A stretch of DNA of 64,000 bases from Octopus bimaculoides. Taxonomy: Eukaryota. The stretch is from assembly GCF_001194135.2 (NCBI RefSeq), contig NC_068984.1, forward strand, positions 93,519,383-93,583,382. Direction: 5' to 3'. Positions within the stretch are counted from its first letter, which is position 1; each line of letters begins with the position of its first letter. Positions 13,184-26,369 of this stretch are shown piece by piece. The notes beneath the pieces were generated by a model. The model was not told the origin of the DNA. It saw nothing but the letters and a program-made list of their open reading frames with translations, and did no database searches. Position numbers and translations under genes: made by a program.

Positions 13184-13820
13184 CTGCAGATAACAATAAA
13201 AATTGGTTAGTAAAGGGATTAGCACAATTTTGACTATATAATTGAGTGATTCAAAAATATATTTAGCTGCAAAATACAATATGAATCATCAATATTGCAT
13301 AAATTCCATTTTAATTTTATTCTGGTTGCTAGATAAAAATATTTAAGCCATTAAAAATATAATTTAGTGCTTATACTATAAAAATCTTAACCCCTTCATA
13401 ACATGTGTCTAATAAGCATATAACTCTTTCTGAACATATATGAAGCAAATTTGGTTATAAAACTTAATACTTTAAATTAAACAAATATTAAATGCAAATG
13501 TTACTTTTTCAAAATTTTCACAAATGAGACTATGTGAAACAGTAAAATGGAGTGATTGGCATTGTATACATAGAATTTCAGTTTCTATCTACTTTCATTG
13601 TTCAACATTATGCATAAATAATCTTATTTGGCAGAGTAACTACATTATTAAAGAGTTTCTAATTTAAAACAAATTCAAGGGCAAATTGTAGAAATGTTTG
13701 ACTTTCTGTTACATCATTGCATATTTATTTTTAAAAACATCTTAACTATACAACAACATTCTTGGAATAATAATATTAAAAAATAAATAAAATTCAAACT
13801 ATGCAAGAATTTTACAATAC

Positions 13821-13964
13821 CTGCTCACTAGCAAAAGAAAGTTCTGAAAGAATTGCAGTTAAAATAGTCTGAAAGAAGCAACTTAACATTGTTCCTCTGT
13901 GAGTAGAAAATTCATAGATTGTTGATAGAAGATTTGACATGTGTAACCTTGAAGAATTCAAAAT
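13821..13964 (-). CDS. NCAPG2: Host gene exon F (144 nt, phase 0-0)
   Basis: Acceptor ttgtttttattacag| and donor cag|gtattg. Encodes ILNSSRLHMSNLLSTIYEFSTHRGTMLSCFFQTILTAILSELSFASEQ. Confidence 0.75.
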
Positions 13965-14117
13965 CTGTAATAAAAACAAGTTAAAAGAAAAATAAACATC
14001 AGTTAAATAATATTTTCTTTCCTTATATTGAAGAAATTTCATTCCTCTGAGAAAAAAAATTGTGAAGTTTCATTTAATAAAAGACACTTATGTTTGATGA
14101 CAGTCATATCTGATTAA

Positions 14118-14314
14118 CCTTTTAGCATTCAGATTATTCTGTCAAATGTAATGTTCATATATTCATATTGTTTTGAATCAAACATGCATTATCTTCTAAC
14201 TTTGAGATTTTAGAAGGACATTGTAGGAAAGGTGTGAGAGGCTGCATTCGATTGGTTTGAACATAAAACACATAGAATATTTAGGCAGGACATGGTGGTT
14301 TGAATGCTAAAGGG
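14118..14314. mobile_element. piggyBac-type MITE
   Basis: TTAA on both sides; TIRs ccttttagcattca / tgaatgctaaaggg. Same family as 26370-26585. Confidence 0.88.
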
Positions 14315-14436
14315 TTAACATATTCCTCACCATTGGCATAGGTCAAAATTATCAATATAAATTTTCTACGTGGTACAGCAGTATATCCGTTTGTTTGTCT
14401 GTCTGTCTTTCTATTTATATTTACATATACATATTA

Positions 14437-14640
14437 CTTTTACTTGTTTCAGTCATACTTCTGCAGCCAGGCTGGGGCACTGCCCTGAGGAGTTCAGACA
14501 AACAAACACCTCTAGCTAGTAATTTTTAAAGTTTGGTATTTTATTCTCTTGGCCTCTTTTTACCAAATCACAAAGTCACAGGAATGTTAACAAACCATCA
14601 AATATGTCAACTGAGGGAGTGAGGAACAAACTTATACCTA
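14437..14640 (-). mobile_element. Degenerate 3' part of tRNA-derived SINE
   Basis: Begins ttttacttgtttcagtcat, like the full copies at 22149, 28508 and 31836. Confidence 0.65.
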
Positions 14641-14781
14641 TTGTATAACAAGGTTCCACATAATTTGTCAACCAAATTCACTCACACAGCATCGGTTAGC
14701 CCAAAGTGTCACGCAATCATTTGGTTGCAAAGCAAGCTTAACCACACACACACACATGCATGCATGCATGTATGTATGTCA

Positions 14782-15605
14782 TTATTCAGTTTTATTTCAA
14801 GATTTCTAACCAATAGAGAAAGAACCGGTTTCTAACCTAGATCCAAGGCTCCTTCATTGGAATTTCAACATCAGCAATAGAGTATCTTTGTATGTATATA
14901 TACATGCATATTGTATGTTTTGCTTTATGTATGTATTCTTATGCCTATAGTTGCATGTCTAGACATGCACATATGTACTTAAATGATGAACTTCTGGAAA
15001 GTTTTACAGGTTTTTACAGTTCCAGTGATGGCTTGGATCTGTAATCTTTGAATCAGCTTTCACCTTTCTAATTTTGAGAAGCCTAATTTCTCAAGATTAG
15101 TACTTAAGCAGTGCCCCAATTACTTAACTTGTAATCTGGAAAGAGTAACTGTAGATTTCTCAATAGTTCAGCATAGGTACTCTCTTTTTCACTGATCTTC
15201 AGCTTTGACATTCACAGGGCAGCTGATTTCCACAACTGTACACCGTTTCTCTTCTCTATCCCAAATCATTATCTATAGTGTTCACATTTTGAGGTTTTCA
15301 CTGGAACATTTTACCAGTACTCCTTTTTATTATAAGTAGCTATGGTTTCTACCATACTGTGGGTTCTTATTTCTTTGTCCTTGGAGTTGTCCTTCCAATG
15401 GATTTCATTATATAGTGTCCTAGCTACAACATTATGTCTCATTGGTAGATGATACCATGATAACACTTTCAGACAACTGCTTATGGTGTGGGTGATATCG
15501 TCAGTGATAACTCCACTAAGTCTGCATCAGTTATCTCATTTTACATAGGCTCCAAGTCAGTTTCTAACTTAGAGCCAAGGCTCCTTCAATGAAATTTCTA
15601 CATCA
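14782..15605 (-). mobile_element. R4/Dong-like non-LTR retrotransposon 3' remnant (CCHC plus restriction-like endonuclease)
   Basis: Minus-strand translation CRL...HTISSCLK...RHNVVA...IWDREEKRCTVVEISCP...EKESTYAELL...GTVKTCKTFQKFII* (stop at 14979), then a 3' UTR and microsatellite tail. Confidence 0.8.
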
Positions 15606-15989
15606 ATTGTGTGTGTGTGTGTGTGTCTTTATATATATATTCATAAATGTATGGCATATAAATATATAATATTCACATACATATATGATATAGAAATATA
15701 TATACATGCATTGTGAACTCTCCTCTACTGTAGAAGACAGATAATGATCCTTCTACCCACACAGATTCATTTATAATGATCAAAATATCTGCGCTGTAGA
15801 TTAGAACACTCTCTTCATGAAAGCAACATTGCCAGTATGGTTGCATGAAATACAACACATTAAATGTAAACATGGTTACAACACAATGCCCAGTCCAGGA
15901 ATGGAAACCATGACCTAATCTCCTAAAAATCCTAAGCACACATCTATTCTAATATGTATACATATACAGGATGGCATAATCATTAGCAT

Positions 15990-16150
15990 GCTAGGCAAAA
16001 TGTTTAGCAGCATTTTATCTGTTTTTACGTTCTGAGCCCAAATTCTTCTAAGGTTGATTTGCCTTTCATCCTTACAATCAGTACCAGTTGAGCATTGGGG
16101 TCAATGTAATCAACTTGCCCCACCCTTCAAAATTGCTGGCCATCTACCAA
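15990..16150 (+). mobile_element. Short tRNA-derived SINE (second family), partial
   Basis: Contains the gttgatttgcctttcatcc...cagtaccagttgagcattggggtcaatgtaatcaac core; a related copy lies on the minus strand at 55175-55335. Confidence 0.6.
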
Positions 16151-16199
16151 ATCTAAAACCAATGTACATGCGTATGTATCATGTGTGTGTGTGTGTGGG

Positions 16200-16625
16200 G
16201 GGGGGGGTGCTCTGAGAGTGTAGCAGCTAGAATAAGAATAGGCTGGGCAAAGTTCAGAGAGCTCCTACCTCTGCTGGCAACTAAGGGCTTCTCATTCAGG
16301 ATAAAACATAGACTGCATGATGCATGTGTGCAAACTGTCATGCTACATGGCAGTGAAACATGGGCCATGACTGCTGAGGACATGCATAGGCTTGAAAGAA
16401 ATGAAGCTAGTATGATCCACTGGATGTTTAATGTCAGTGTGCATATACAACAGAGTGCAAGCATCCTGAGAGAAAAGTTGGACATAAGAAACATCAAATG
16501 TGGTGTGCTAGAGACAGGCCTGCCTGACTGGCTCCTGTGCCAGTGGTATGTAAAAAGCACCCACTACACTCTCAGAGTGGTTGGCGTTTGGAAGGGTATC
16601 CAGCTGTAGAAACATTACCAGATCA
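16200..16625 (+). mobile_element. RTE LINE 3' fragment
   Basis: GCSESVAARIRIGWAKFRELLPLL...LHGSETW, plus the family 3' UTR motif aaaagcacccactacactctc...gaagggtatccagctgtagaaa. Confidence 0.88.
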
Positions 16626-19600
16626 AAGCACCACGATCAACAGGCGCGAAAACAGGTTTTCTTTGTCCTATCAAAAAGTGATTGATCATCTCCCTTTGAC
16701 CTACGACCTCAGCCATGTCAGGCGAAGTTCAAATGGACAGGAGCTGACCTATTTAGGTATAAACTCTGCTGCAGTATGTCTGTGCTTCTAGCTGCCACAA
16801 TTATTATAAATACAGTGGTCAACAGACAGACGAGAAGGAGAAAGGCCTAGCAGGCAAACAAGAAAGGTCTACGACACGACAGCTTTTCGCAGAGATCCAG
16901 AGCAATGTTCGAAGTTCCATGGTAGACTGCTGTCTCAGATGAGCTACGTACACACACACACACACACACAAACATATTCATTTCTGACATATCACTTCTA
17001 CAGATGTACCCTGTTTCTATATCTAGCAACTTGTGGCAGTTGTCAACATTTTGCATGTAGTGAAGAATTATGTGTACCAACGACAAATTAAGTCCAGTGA
17101 ATAAATTATTTTTAACTATGAATCAATTCATTCATTTGTTTACTTCAAAGGCATACACATTCCTTTTGCATCTGTTCACCATGATACACATTTAACCACT
17201 ACATTTGGTGATCCCGACGTGATGAATTGCAGCCTTCCCTTGAACAAGCTTCACCAACCAAACTGCATTTGGAAAATGAAGACGCTTTTGTACTGCAGTT
17301 GAATTTTCTATTTCGGCACTACGCTTCGTGATCCCATCGAAGAATCACAGCTTCCACATCACCCAACAAAGAAACAGAACTGAGAATTCCTGCGAACATG
17401 ATGGCTTTCCCAGAACAGAACCCAGTGGAAAACATATCCTTGGTCGACATGGCGTTCCAGGCAGCTATTCCTTCCACCNNNNNNNNNNNNNNNNNNNNNN
17501 NNNNNNNNNNNNNNNNNNNNNNNNNNNNNNNNNNNNNNNNNNNNNNNNNNNNNNNNNNNNNNNNNNNNNNNNNNNNNNNNNNNNNNNNNNNNNNNNNNNN
17601 NNNNNNNNNNNNNNNNNNNNNNNNNNNNNNNNNNNNNNNNNNNNNNNNNNNNNNNNNNNNNNNNNNNNNNNNNNNNNNNNNNNNNNNNNNNNNNNNNNNN
17701 NNNNNNNNNNNNNNNNNNNNNNNNNNNNNNNNNNNNNNNNNNNNNNNNNNNNNNNNCACGTAAAATGTGTTGGTACCACCGATAATTCAGAACACGGGCA
17801 CAAAAATGCACAATTCCATGCTCATTTTCATCACCTAGTTCAGGAAACGACACAGCCAGGAATTGAACGAGACAGAAGGTCCTGGCTCGCACCAACAAAG
17901 TCGCCTGTTTTTCGGTTGCAATCGTGTAAAAAGCACGCATTTCCTGGTTGACACTGGCGCAGAAGTCAGCATCATCCCTGTTTCCACCACTTCAGGAAAA
18001 AGAAAAGAGACACCAGTCTGTCTTCAGGCAGTTAACCACTCACCCATTCCAACCTACGGTGAATAGTTCCTAATGCTGAACTTAGGACTACACCGCACCT
18101 TTCAGTGGGTATCTGTCATTGTTAAGCTACCAACCCCTATCTTAGGAGCCAATTTCCTGCATCATTTCGGTCTCCTGGTAGATATTAAAAACAGACGACT
18201 TGTCAACAGCACCACACAGCTTACTGTGCGCGGCATAGCCGCTTGTATTGCCACAGTCAGCCCAACTATACTGCTCACAACATCGACTCGCCACAGTGCT
18301 ATCCTGAAAGAATAACCGGATGTTGCTCGACCAGTATTCCACAACCAGTTAATCAAGCACGAAGTCACCCACCACACCAAAACTAGCGGTCCGCCTGTTG
18401 CTGCAAGACCCAGAAGGTTACCACCTGATCGTCTCAAGGCTGTCAAGCGGGAATTCCAGCACATGCTCAACCTTGGAATCATCTGCCCGTCCAGCAGTAA
18501 CTGGTCCTCACTGATTCACTGCATCCCCAAAAAATCATTGACCGATTGGCGAGTCTGTAGTGATTATCGATCGCTGAATAAAAGTACTGTAAGTGATGCA
18601 TATCCAGTCCCCTATTTGCAGGATTTATCTAGCTCGCTGCATGGAGCTCACATCTTTTCCAAGATCAACCTTCTGCAAGCATACAACCAAATCCCAGTGG
18701 AACCTGTGGACATACCCAAAACAGCAGTTATGACACCCTTCGGAATGTTTGAATTCCTGTGTATGCCTTTTGATCTACGCAACACAGCACAAACATTCCA
18801 AAGGTTTATCGACATGGTTACTAGAGGGTTGCCTTTCGTCTATGCCTACATAGATGACATACTCGTGGCCAGTAGCTTCGACGAAAAAACTGACCAACAC
18901 CTGCACCTGCTATTCGAACGGCTCTGCAAATACAGTGTTGTCATCAACCCCAGCAAGTGTTCGTTCAGAGTTGCTTCCCTTCATTTTCTCAAGCACATCG
19001 TTGATAAGGATGGCATTTGTTCCCTTCCCGAGAAAGTCAAGGCCATTGTGGATTTTCCATCTCCCACATCTCCCCGCAAATTAAGGGAATATCTGGGTCT
19101 AGCGAATTTCTATTGAAGGTTCATACCCCACATCGCTGAGATAGCGCAACCGCTCATGGATATGCTATGCCAGCGAACTTGCAAAAATACGAATATTGCC
19201 CTAAATGAAGATCAACTCGCCTCTTTCGCTACCCTGAAAAAAGCGTTATCCAATGCTACCATGTTAGTTTATCCAAAACCAGATGCCCCACTGTGTTTAC
19301 TTGCTGATGCATCCGATTCCGGAGTGGGAGGTGTACTTCAGCAGCTTGTTGACGGCATATGGCAACCGTTGTCCTTCTTTTCTAAGCGATTAAAACCCGC
19401 GGAAAGGAAATACAGTACATTCAGTTGGGAATTATTAGCAGCATACCTGGCCATTAAGCATGCTAGAAAGTACCAATTTTGCCATATACACCAACCACAA
19501 ACCACTGGTATATTCATTTAACACCAAGCTGGATCGGCACTCGCCGAGAGAAATCCACCACCTCGGCTTCATATCGCAGTATACGACGGATATACACCAC

Positions 19601-20915
19601 ATCAAAGGGACGACCAACTTAGCAATCGATGCACTTTCATGCACGCAGATCAATGCTATCCACACCACGGCTACAATTGATTTGGCACATATAGCAGCTG
19701 ACCAGGAGAATGACGAAGAACTTCTAAAGCGCCGGAATTCGTCATCTCTGAAATTTCAGCATGTTCCGCTACCATCGTCCATGACCCATATTTGGTGTGA
19801 TATCTCCACCGGTCACCAACGCCCTTACATACCATAGAAACATTGTCAAGAAATTTTCTCTGCTCTGCATTCTCTGTCACATCCTGGTATTTGCTCCACT
19901 CAAAAGCTGATATCAACCCGTTTTGGTGGACCAGTATCAACAAGGATATCAGAGAATGGACCACATGCGGTGTCGCGTGCCAAAAAGTGAAAATCTACCA
20001 GCACATAAAATCACCAATCGGTTCCTTTCCGCAACTTGACGCACGATTTCAGCACGTTCACATTGACATCGTGGGACCCCTGCAACCATCGCAGAATTAT
20101 ACATATTTGCTTACCTGCGTAGATCGTTTTTCGCAGTGGCCTGAAGTTTGGCCCTTATCTGATACATTGGCAGAAACGGTCGCCAAGACGTTGATATCAC
20201 AATGGGTTTCTCATTTTGGCACACCCGCAACAACCACCGCCGACAGAGGACATCAGTTTGATTCCCACCTCTTCACCGAGCTGACTCGTCTCCTCGGGTG
20301 TAAACACACGCACACTACGGCTTACCACCCTGCAGCAAATGGCATGGTCGAACGTTTTCACTGCCAACTCAAGGCATCCATAAAAGCTTCTTCAGACAGT
20401 TCTCACTGGCTGGAACATCTCCCCCTCATCCTTCTTGGTATTCGATCCACGGTTAAGGAGGAATCTGGATATACTCCAGCTGAACTCGTCTATGGCACAG
20501 CACTCACCTTACCAGGGCAGATGATCGAACCTGTTTCATCACAACACCTTCCTGACCCAGCACAATATGTGCACCGATTGCGGACATCCATGTTACATTT
20601 GTCACCTGCAGGCCCCAGACAACAGAACGTGGTTTCACATGTCCCAAAAGACATCAACACTTGGACTCATGTTTTCGTGAGGAATGATGGGATACCATCT
20701 CAACTTCCGCCACCATATTCCAGGCTCTACAAAGTTATCAAAAGAGAACCCAAGTATTTTGTTCTTGATATTGGAGGTAAACGAAATACGGTATTGATTG
20801 ATCGTTTGAAAAAAGCCTTTATTGAGGGGGACTTACATTCGGTTCCCTCCGTACCTCAAACGGACTCACAAACTCCAGCAAATACTACAGATTCTGCACT
20901 TTCGAACTCACTCCA
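16626..20915 (+). mobile_element. Gypsy LTR retrotransposon, CsRn1/Kabuki-like; 3' LTR missing
   Basis: LTR ends ...actaca at 17203, followed by PBS tggtgatcccgacgtgat, one mismatch from the complement of the tRNA-Trp 3' end. Gag has a CWYH..C..PC motif. Protease FLVDTGA, RT YIDD, RNase H DAS, and integrase HIDIVGP/DRGHQF/NGMVERFH. Contains stops and an N gap. The left LTR boundary is uncertain. Confidence 0.88.
17206..17223 (+). promoter_or_regulatory. Primer-binding site (tRNA-Trp)
   Basis: tggtgatcccgacgtgat versus the expected TGGTGACCCCGACGTGAT. Confidence 0.85.
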
Positions 20916-20916
20916 T

Positions 20917-22085
20917 GTGAGGGGAGCAAAGGCTGCGATGAAGAGGTTGAAAAGAATAGGAGCAAGTACACAGCATTATTTCATACTGATGCTGACATCA
21001 AAAGGGTCTGATTCTTGACCGTCAATGGCTACACAAGTTTTCATGCCCTCATGGGACAATTGGATGAATTGCAAAAGCTTTCGTGGACACACAATCTTCT
21101 GCAGAAGGCTCCAGAGAAGCTTGCAATTTAGTGTCAAACACCTTTGATAAATTCATGAAAATCAAGCAGAGATCATGATACTGTTCTCTTCCCCTCTTGA
21201 ATTTAGCATGCAACAAAGATCATGTGAGTGGTACTGTGATTCCTACAGAAAACACACTATGGCTCTTGGAGAACACTATGACTCTCAGAGAACTCTCTCT
21301 GTGAGAAGGGAGATGGAATGGGAGAAAAAATGCAAGCAAACATTTTCCCAGCCACCGCCAGAATGAAAATTCTGCAACTATTTTTGCAGATGGCAGGATC
21401 ACCCTTTCTCTTGTAGATGGAGATGATGATGCTCATATTTTCCCACACTTGAGGAAGAAGGTTGGTGTCTCAGGTGGCCCTGAACAGTCTGAGAAGATGG
21501 CTGTGCAGTGTGATGCTACTATACTTGTAGATTTTAGATCTGCTGTCCGATCCAGATGACTTTCTGTTATGGAGAGATCAGATTGCCCAAAAGACCTCTT
21601 CAAAGGAGTTCAGAGCTCTTCAATGATGGGAAGGCTGAGAAACTGACTCAGAATAGCTGGATCAACCTCATTATGACAGTTGAGAAGATCTTTGAAATAT
21701 TATGAACATGGAGAGAGAATTTGGTCAGAATCCTTCAGAAAAATGTTTCCGTCAACACTGCAAACAGATATGTTGTGCTTCGATGTTGGACCATAAATAG
21801 CTTTTGTTGGCTCCATAGTAGTAACTGTCATTGGTGTCAGAGTAGCACTGGATCTCTTCAGCTTTCTTAATCCACCATCTGTTCTCCATTTGCTGCAAGA
21901 GGTGTTGGGCATCAGAGCAATGGGGGCAACACTCATCTCTAAGATGTAAGATTTACAAGGAACGCATTGTGTGAATTGTTCTTCACTACAAGAATATCAT
22001 GGATTTCTACCTGGTTGTTATCAAACCAGTATTGATGATAGTATTTGGTGAAGCTGAGAGCTTTTTGAATGAAGCAAGATACGTC
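20917..22085 (-). mobile_element. RTE-BovB-like LINE fragment (a different family)
   Basis: Remnants YWFDNNQVEI, RWWIKKAEEIQ, KAIYGP, IISIYKRKGD..CKNSCRIFILAVAGKMFA and an APLXFNLF-type motif near 20930. Confidence 0.8.
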
Positions 22086-22148
22086 CTAAAACATCCAAAT
22101 TCATTTTTAAAGAAGTTAGGTAACAACAATTATTTATATATCTTTTAT

Positions 22149-22526
22149 CTTTTACTTGTTTCAGTCATTTGATTTCAGCCATGCTGGAGCACTGCCTTGA
22201 AGGGTTTTAGTCAAACAAATCGACCCCAGGATTCCCCTACCCCTTAACCCTAGTACTTACTCTATCAGTCTCTTTTGCTGAACTACTAAGTTGCAGGGGT
22301 ATAAACACACCTACAACAGTTGTCAAGTGGTGGTGGTGACAAACACAGACACAAAGACACACACATACACAACAGGCTTCTTTCAGTTTCCATCTATCAA
22401 ATCCACTCTCAAGGTCTTGGTTGGTCCAACACTATAGTAAAATACACTTGCCCAAGATGTCACACAGTGGGATTGAACCCTGAACCATGTGTTCGGGAAG
22501 CAAGCTTCTTACTACACAGTCATGCT
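22149..22526 (-). mobile_element. tRNA-derived SINE, near full length
   Basis: Minus-strand head with A/B-box-like motifs (ggttcagggttcaatccc), a cttgggcaagt core, a CA-rich middle and a tgactgaaacaagtaaaa 3' end. Confidence 0.88.
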
Positions 22527-22594
22527 TGAAATAATTTTAAAATAAAATAAAAAATTGTTGGTGTCCTTCAGAGAAAGAGAGAGGGAGAGAGAGA

Positions 22595-22651
<57 letters not shown>

Positions 22652-23767
22652 TATATTTTCTCACATTTTTGTTAACTGAGAATGGGATGAAGTTGTGTAG
22701 TGATAGTTGAGCTATTTTTTTATTGGTTTTAATTGATTTACATCATTATATCACTCTCTTAATTTACATATGCATTGACAATCTCAACAGTAGTATTAAC
22801 ATTTTAAACACATCTCTGAGTTTAGCCATTAAGCCTCACCAGCATTTTGTTCAGTTGTTTTTTCTTATTACTTATTTTACTTTATTATTATTGAGAACTT
22901 TTAATAATGGAAGAGGAATATATGTTATAAATTTGCAAAATCTAGTTATTACTTTTCATTTCTAAAACATAAATCATGTATAACGGCGACTGAGTTCATT
23001 AAAATATCAGTTTTTAAAATGTTTTACAATTTATACTGTGTACCAATAGTGGTACATGATGCAGGTTGGGACAGTTACCCGTGTACTGTATATGGTGCAC
23101 AATGTGGCTAAAGTGTTAATTGAGGATTCTGACCACATGAAATGTTACCCCTTTGACTGAATTATCATTCCAAAGGAACGTTAGCATTTCCTTGCAGAAC
23201 TGAGCTCAATGATCCAAGCTATCCTCAATGTATGTATCATGAAAGAAAACTTAAATCTTTTAGAATGCATCAAATGATGTTTGACTGATATTCAAATGAC
23301 ATGAAATAAGCATATAAAACCTGAGGATGGTGTCCAGAAATACTGATGGAGTAACACTCTACTACCCTAATTGACACTAGGTGCATCATTAATTGAAGCT
23401 GTACTCTCCTACTTGCTAAATAATCCTCTTGGATGAAGAACCACTCCTGAACTCCTCCTTCCACTGTCCTTGAAGATACTGAAATTTAAAAAGTTTGCTT
23501 GACATGTACAACAATGCCTTAACATTACTATTTCTGAAGTAGTAACTAACCCATATTTCTGAAATGAAATGTGTGCATATACATTTTGTACAATATTTAT
23601 TTCATATTTTGAGTGGCTATTACACTTTGATTAAAAAATTATTTGAAAATGGTATCACAATAACAAATTATGACAGACCATGTATTTATAATACTAGTAT
23701 GTATGAATACACATGCGCATATAAATTCAATAAAAAGAATTTAAAAATACATTGAAGTAACACTCAC

Positions 23768-23940
23768 CAGGGTTAGTGTATTCGTGTCAGACTTACTTGT
23801 AGCCAATGTTACAAGAGTTTCCAATAAGAACTTAAATGATTCATGTATTGCTTGTTGAATATCATGATTTGCAGATAAGTTGACAGATATAATTTGAATC
23901 AGGCATTTGATGATGATTGGAAGCAGTTTAAGACTATGCA
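23768..23940 (-). CDS. NCAPG2: Host gene exon E (173 nt, phase 1-0)
   Basis: Acceptor ttttattattcag| and donor ctg|gtgagt. Encodes HSLKLLPIIIKCLIQIIS...QQAIHESFKFLLETLVTLATSKSDTNTLTL, a helical repeat-like sequence. Confidence 0.75.
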
Positions 23941-23948
23941 CTGAATAA

Positions 23949-23981
<33 letters not shown>

Positions 23982-24312
23982 AATAAAAAAAATATATATA
24001 TAAAAAAAAATATATATATATATAAAAAAAAAATATATATATATATAAAAAAAAAATNNNNNNNNNNNNNNNNNNNNNNNNNNNNNNNNNNNNNNNNNNN
24101 NNNNNNNNNNNNNNNNNNNNNNNNNNNNNNNNNNNNNNNNNNNNNNNNNNNNNNNNNNNNNNNNNNNNNNNNNNNNNNNNNNNNNNNNNNNNNNNNNNNN
24201 NNNNNNNNNNNNNNNNNNNNNNNNNNNNNNNNNNNNNNNATATGTAACCTTGTGGGCATCGGTACCATTTTCCTCTTTCTCCGTTCTTCCATTCTCCGAA
24301 CTTTCCATCTTT

Positions 24313-24345
24313 CCGACGAAGGGCTACGCCCGAAACGTCATACAC
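24313..24345 (+). ncRNA. Putative minimal hammerhead ribozyme motif (Penelope pLTR-type)
   Basis: CCGACGA-A-GGGC(UAC)GCCC-GAAACGUC: variant core, 4-bp stem II and palindromic stem III. Stem I pairing is poor. Confidence 0.5.
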
Positions 24346-24427
24346 TCTCTCTTTCCTTTCCTGAGCGTCCAATAATACTATCCATATCACGTCCTCACTT
24401 TGTTGTTTTTTTGTTATTGTTTTTTTG

Positions 24428-24462
<35 letters not shown>

Positions 24463-24523
24463 CACACGAGTGAATAGACAAACAAAAGAAGAGTATTCAA
24501 CACAGTTATTGGGAGTTACATTC

Positions 24524-26054
24524 ATGGATCAAAACAGTTTGATTCAAACTCCTTCCTACTCTGAGATTAAAGCATGATGCTAGTCTTTGGCCATAGGAAT
24601 TTGAAATGAAGAAAGTCAAATGTTTATTACCAGATGTTAGCCTGCAATTGGTCAAAAAAGGTCATTTGGTATCAGAGTTTGATGGTATTTCAGCGACAAC
24701 AATTACTTGGAAAATGCTGCATGGTGGACAGGAAATCAGTGATGTGGTTGGGGGAGGGGAGGAGGAAGAGGCAATAGATGTGTGAGCATATACGTATATA
24801 TGTGTATATATGTGCTTATATATCTATGTGCGCGGGGGGATCTGTATTTATGCGAATGTGTGTATGCATGCATAGGTGTACATTCACACATCTATGCATA
24901 CACCTGTACACACACATGTATGTATGCAAATATATACATGCACTCAAACAAAACATGCACACACACATTGTTCCATATGTATATACGCATATGAACACTT
25001 ATGTGCACGCGTGTGCAAATGTGCACAAGTATACAGACATGCATGTGTATATGCATACTAGTGAGTACGTATACAGTGAGCAGATGTATAAATACACACA
25101 TGTATATATACTTCTGTGGTTATGTACAAAAGGTGAGAGTATGCGGGTAGATAGGCATGCAGAAGCATTAGAGATTGGTGATTTGCGGTGCTGCTCATGG
25201 AGGTTAGTGGTTGACAGTGACCTTTGTGCAGTGGGGCACCTGGTACTAAGGAGTATATCCAGGTTGTCAGCAGCAAGTGGCTTCAAATTTACCAGCAGAG
25301 GTAGCAATTAGGGGTGCCAGGTGAATATGGTGGCACCCTGTCGACAATAGTCACATATGAGCACATGCACTCATTCAGATACAGGTATAATGAGAACTCC
25401 ACTTCCCTGTTGCTCTTTCTCTGGAGTCTCTGTGACCTGCAAGATGAAACACCCAACATCGAGTGGACTATTGTTGACAGGGTGCCACCATAATCACCCA
25501 GCGCTCCTAATTGCCAGCATTGCCTCCACAAAAAACTGCACATCAACTACCAACTCGCAGTATCCAACAACAAATATGCTCTATCCTATTGCTGTCACCA
25601 GAGATATACTGTTCTGGTAAACTTCAAGCCACTTGCTGCCGATAACCCGGATACACTTCCTTAGTATGAGCTGTGCCCCTGCACTGCCTGCACCATGGTC
25701 ATTGTTACCAACTAACCTCCATGAACAGCACTACAAATTACCAATCTCCAATGTTTCTGCATACCTGCCTATCTGCATATTCTCACCCTTGGTACATAAC
25801 CACAAAAGTATATATACACACATGCATATACCTCTACACACCATATACATACACAGATATATACACACTAGTATGCATATACACATGCAAACTAGTATAT
25901 GTGTGCACCCATGTGTGTTCATGTATGTATGCTCACACTTATGTGCACATGTGTACATATACATGGCCAAAGATTAGCATCCTATGGCCAAAGACTAGCA
26001 TCATGCTTGGAACTCAGAGTACCAAGGAGTTTAAATCAAATTGTTTTGATCCAT
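24524..26054. repeat. About 1.5-kb imperfect foldback (inverted repeat)
   Basis: 24524-24597 pairs with 25981-26054. About 25000-25351 pairs with 25466-25960, with an insertion in the right arm. Central loop about 25352-25465. Confidence 0.85.
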
Positions 26055-26369
26055 ACACACACACATATATTGAGAGAGAGATTAAATTCTGTAAAAAGAT
26101 CTGCACATGAAAGAAGTTGGAGTATTCAATTCCTCTCTACAACTATCAAAATTGGATTTTATGCAATGAGATTATCTTAACAAATTGTGAACATAAAGAA
26201 TACTACTGCATGTTAATCACCTTAACTGAATGAAAGTGTGTAGTCTCTGAGCAATGATATATAAAATGTCTGTCATATCTTTCAGAAGCCTTTATTCATG
26301 CAGCCATGTAGGGAAAAGAAGGTAAGATTGTGAATTATTAACTAGGTCTTAACTTATCCATTGATTTAA

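Noticed and set aside
23312-23477. Open frame after a good acceptor (ctttttaaatttcag) on the minus strand
   Set aside because: Open only in a phase incompatible with exon E's phase-0 donor, has a weak donor, and does not resemble the expected protein.
24778-25977. Cluster of overlapping ORFs up to 177 aa
   Set aside because: Products of (CA/TA/TG)-rich low-complexity foldback arms; composition is biased to C/V/Y/H/M with no domain signal.
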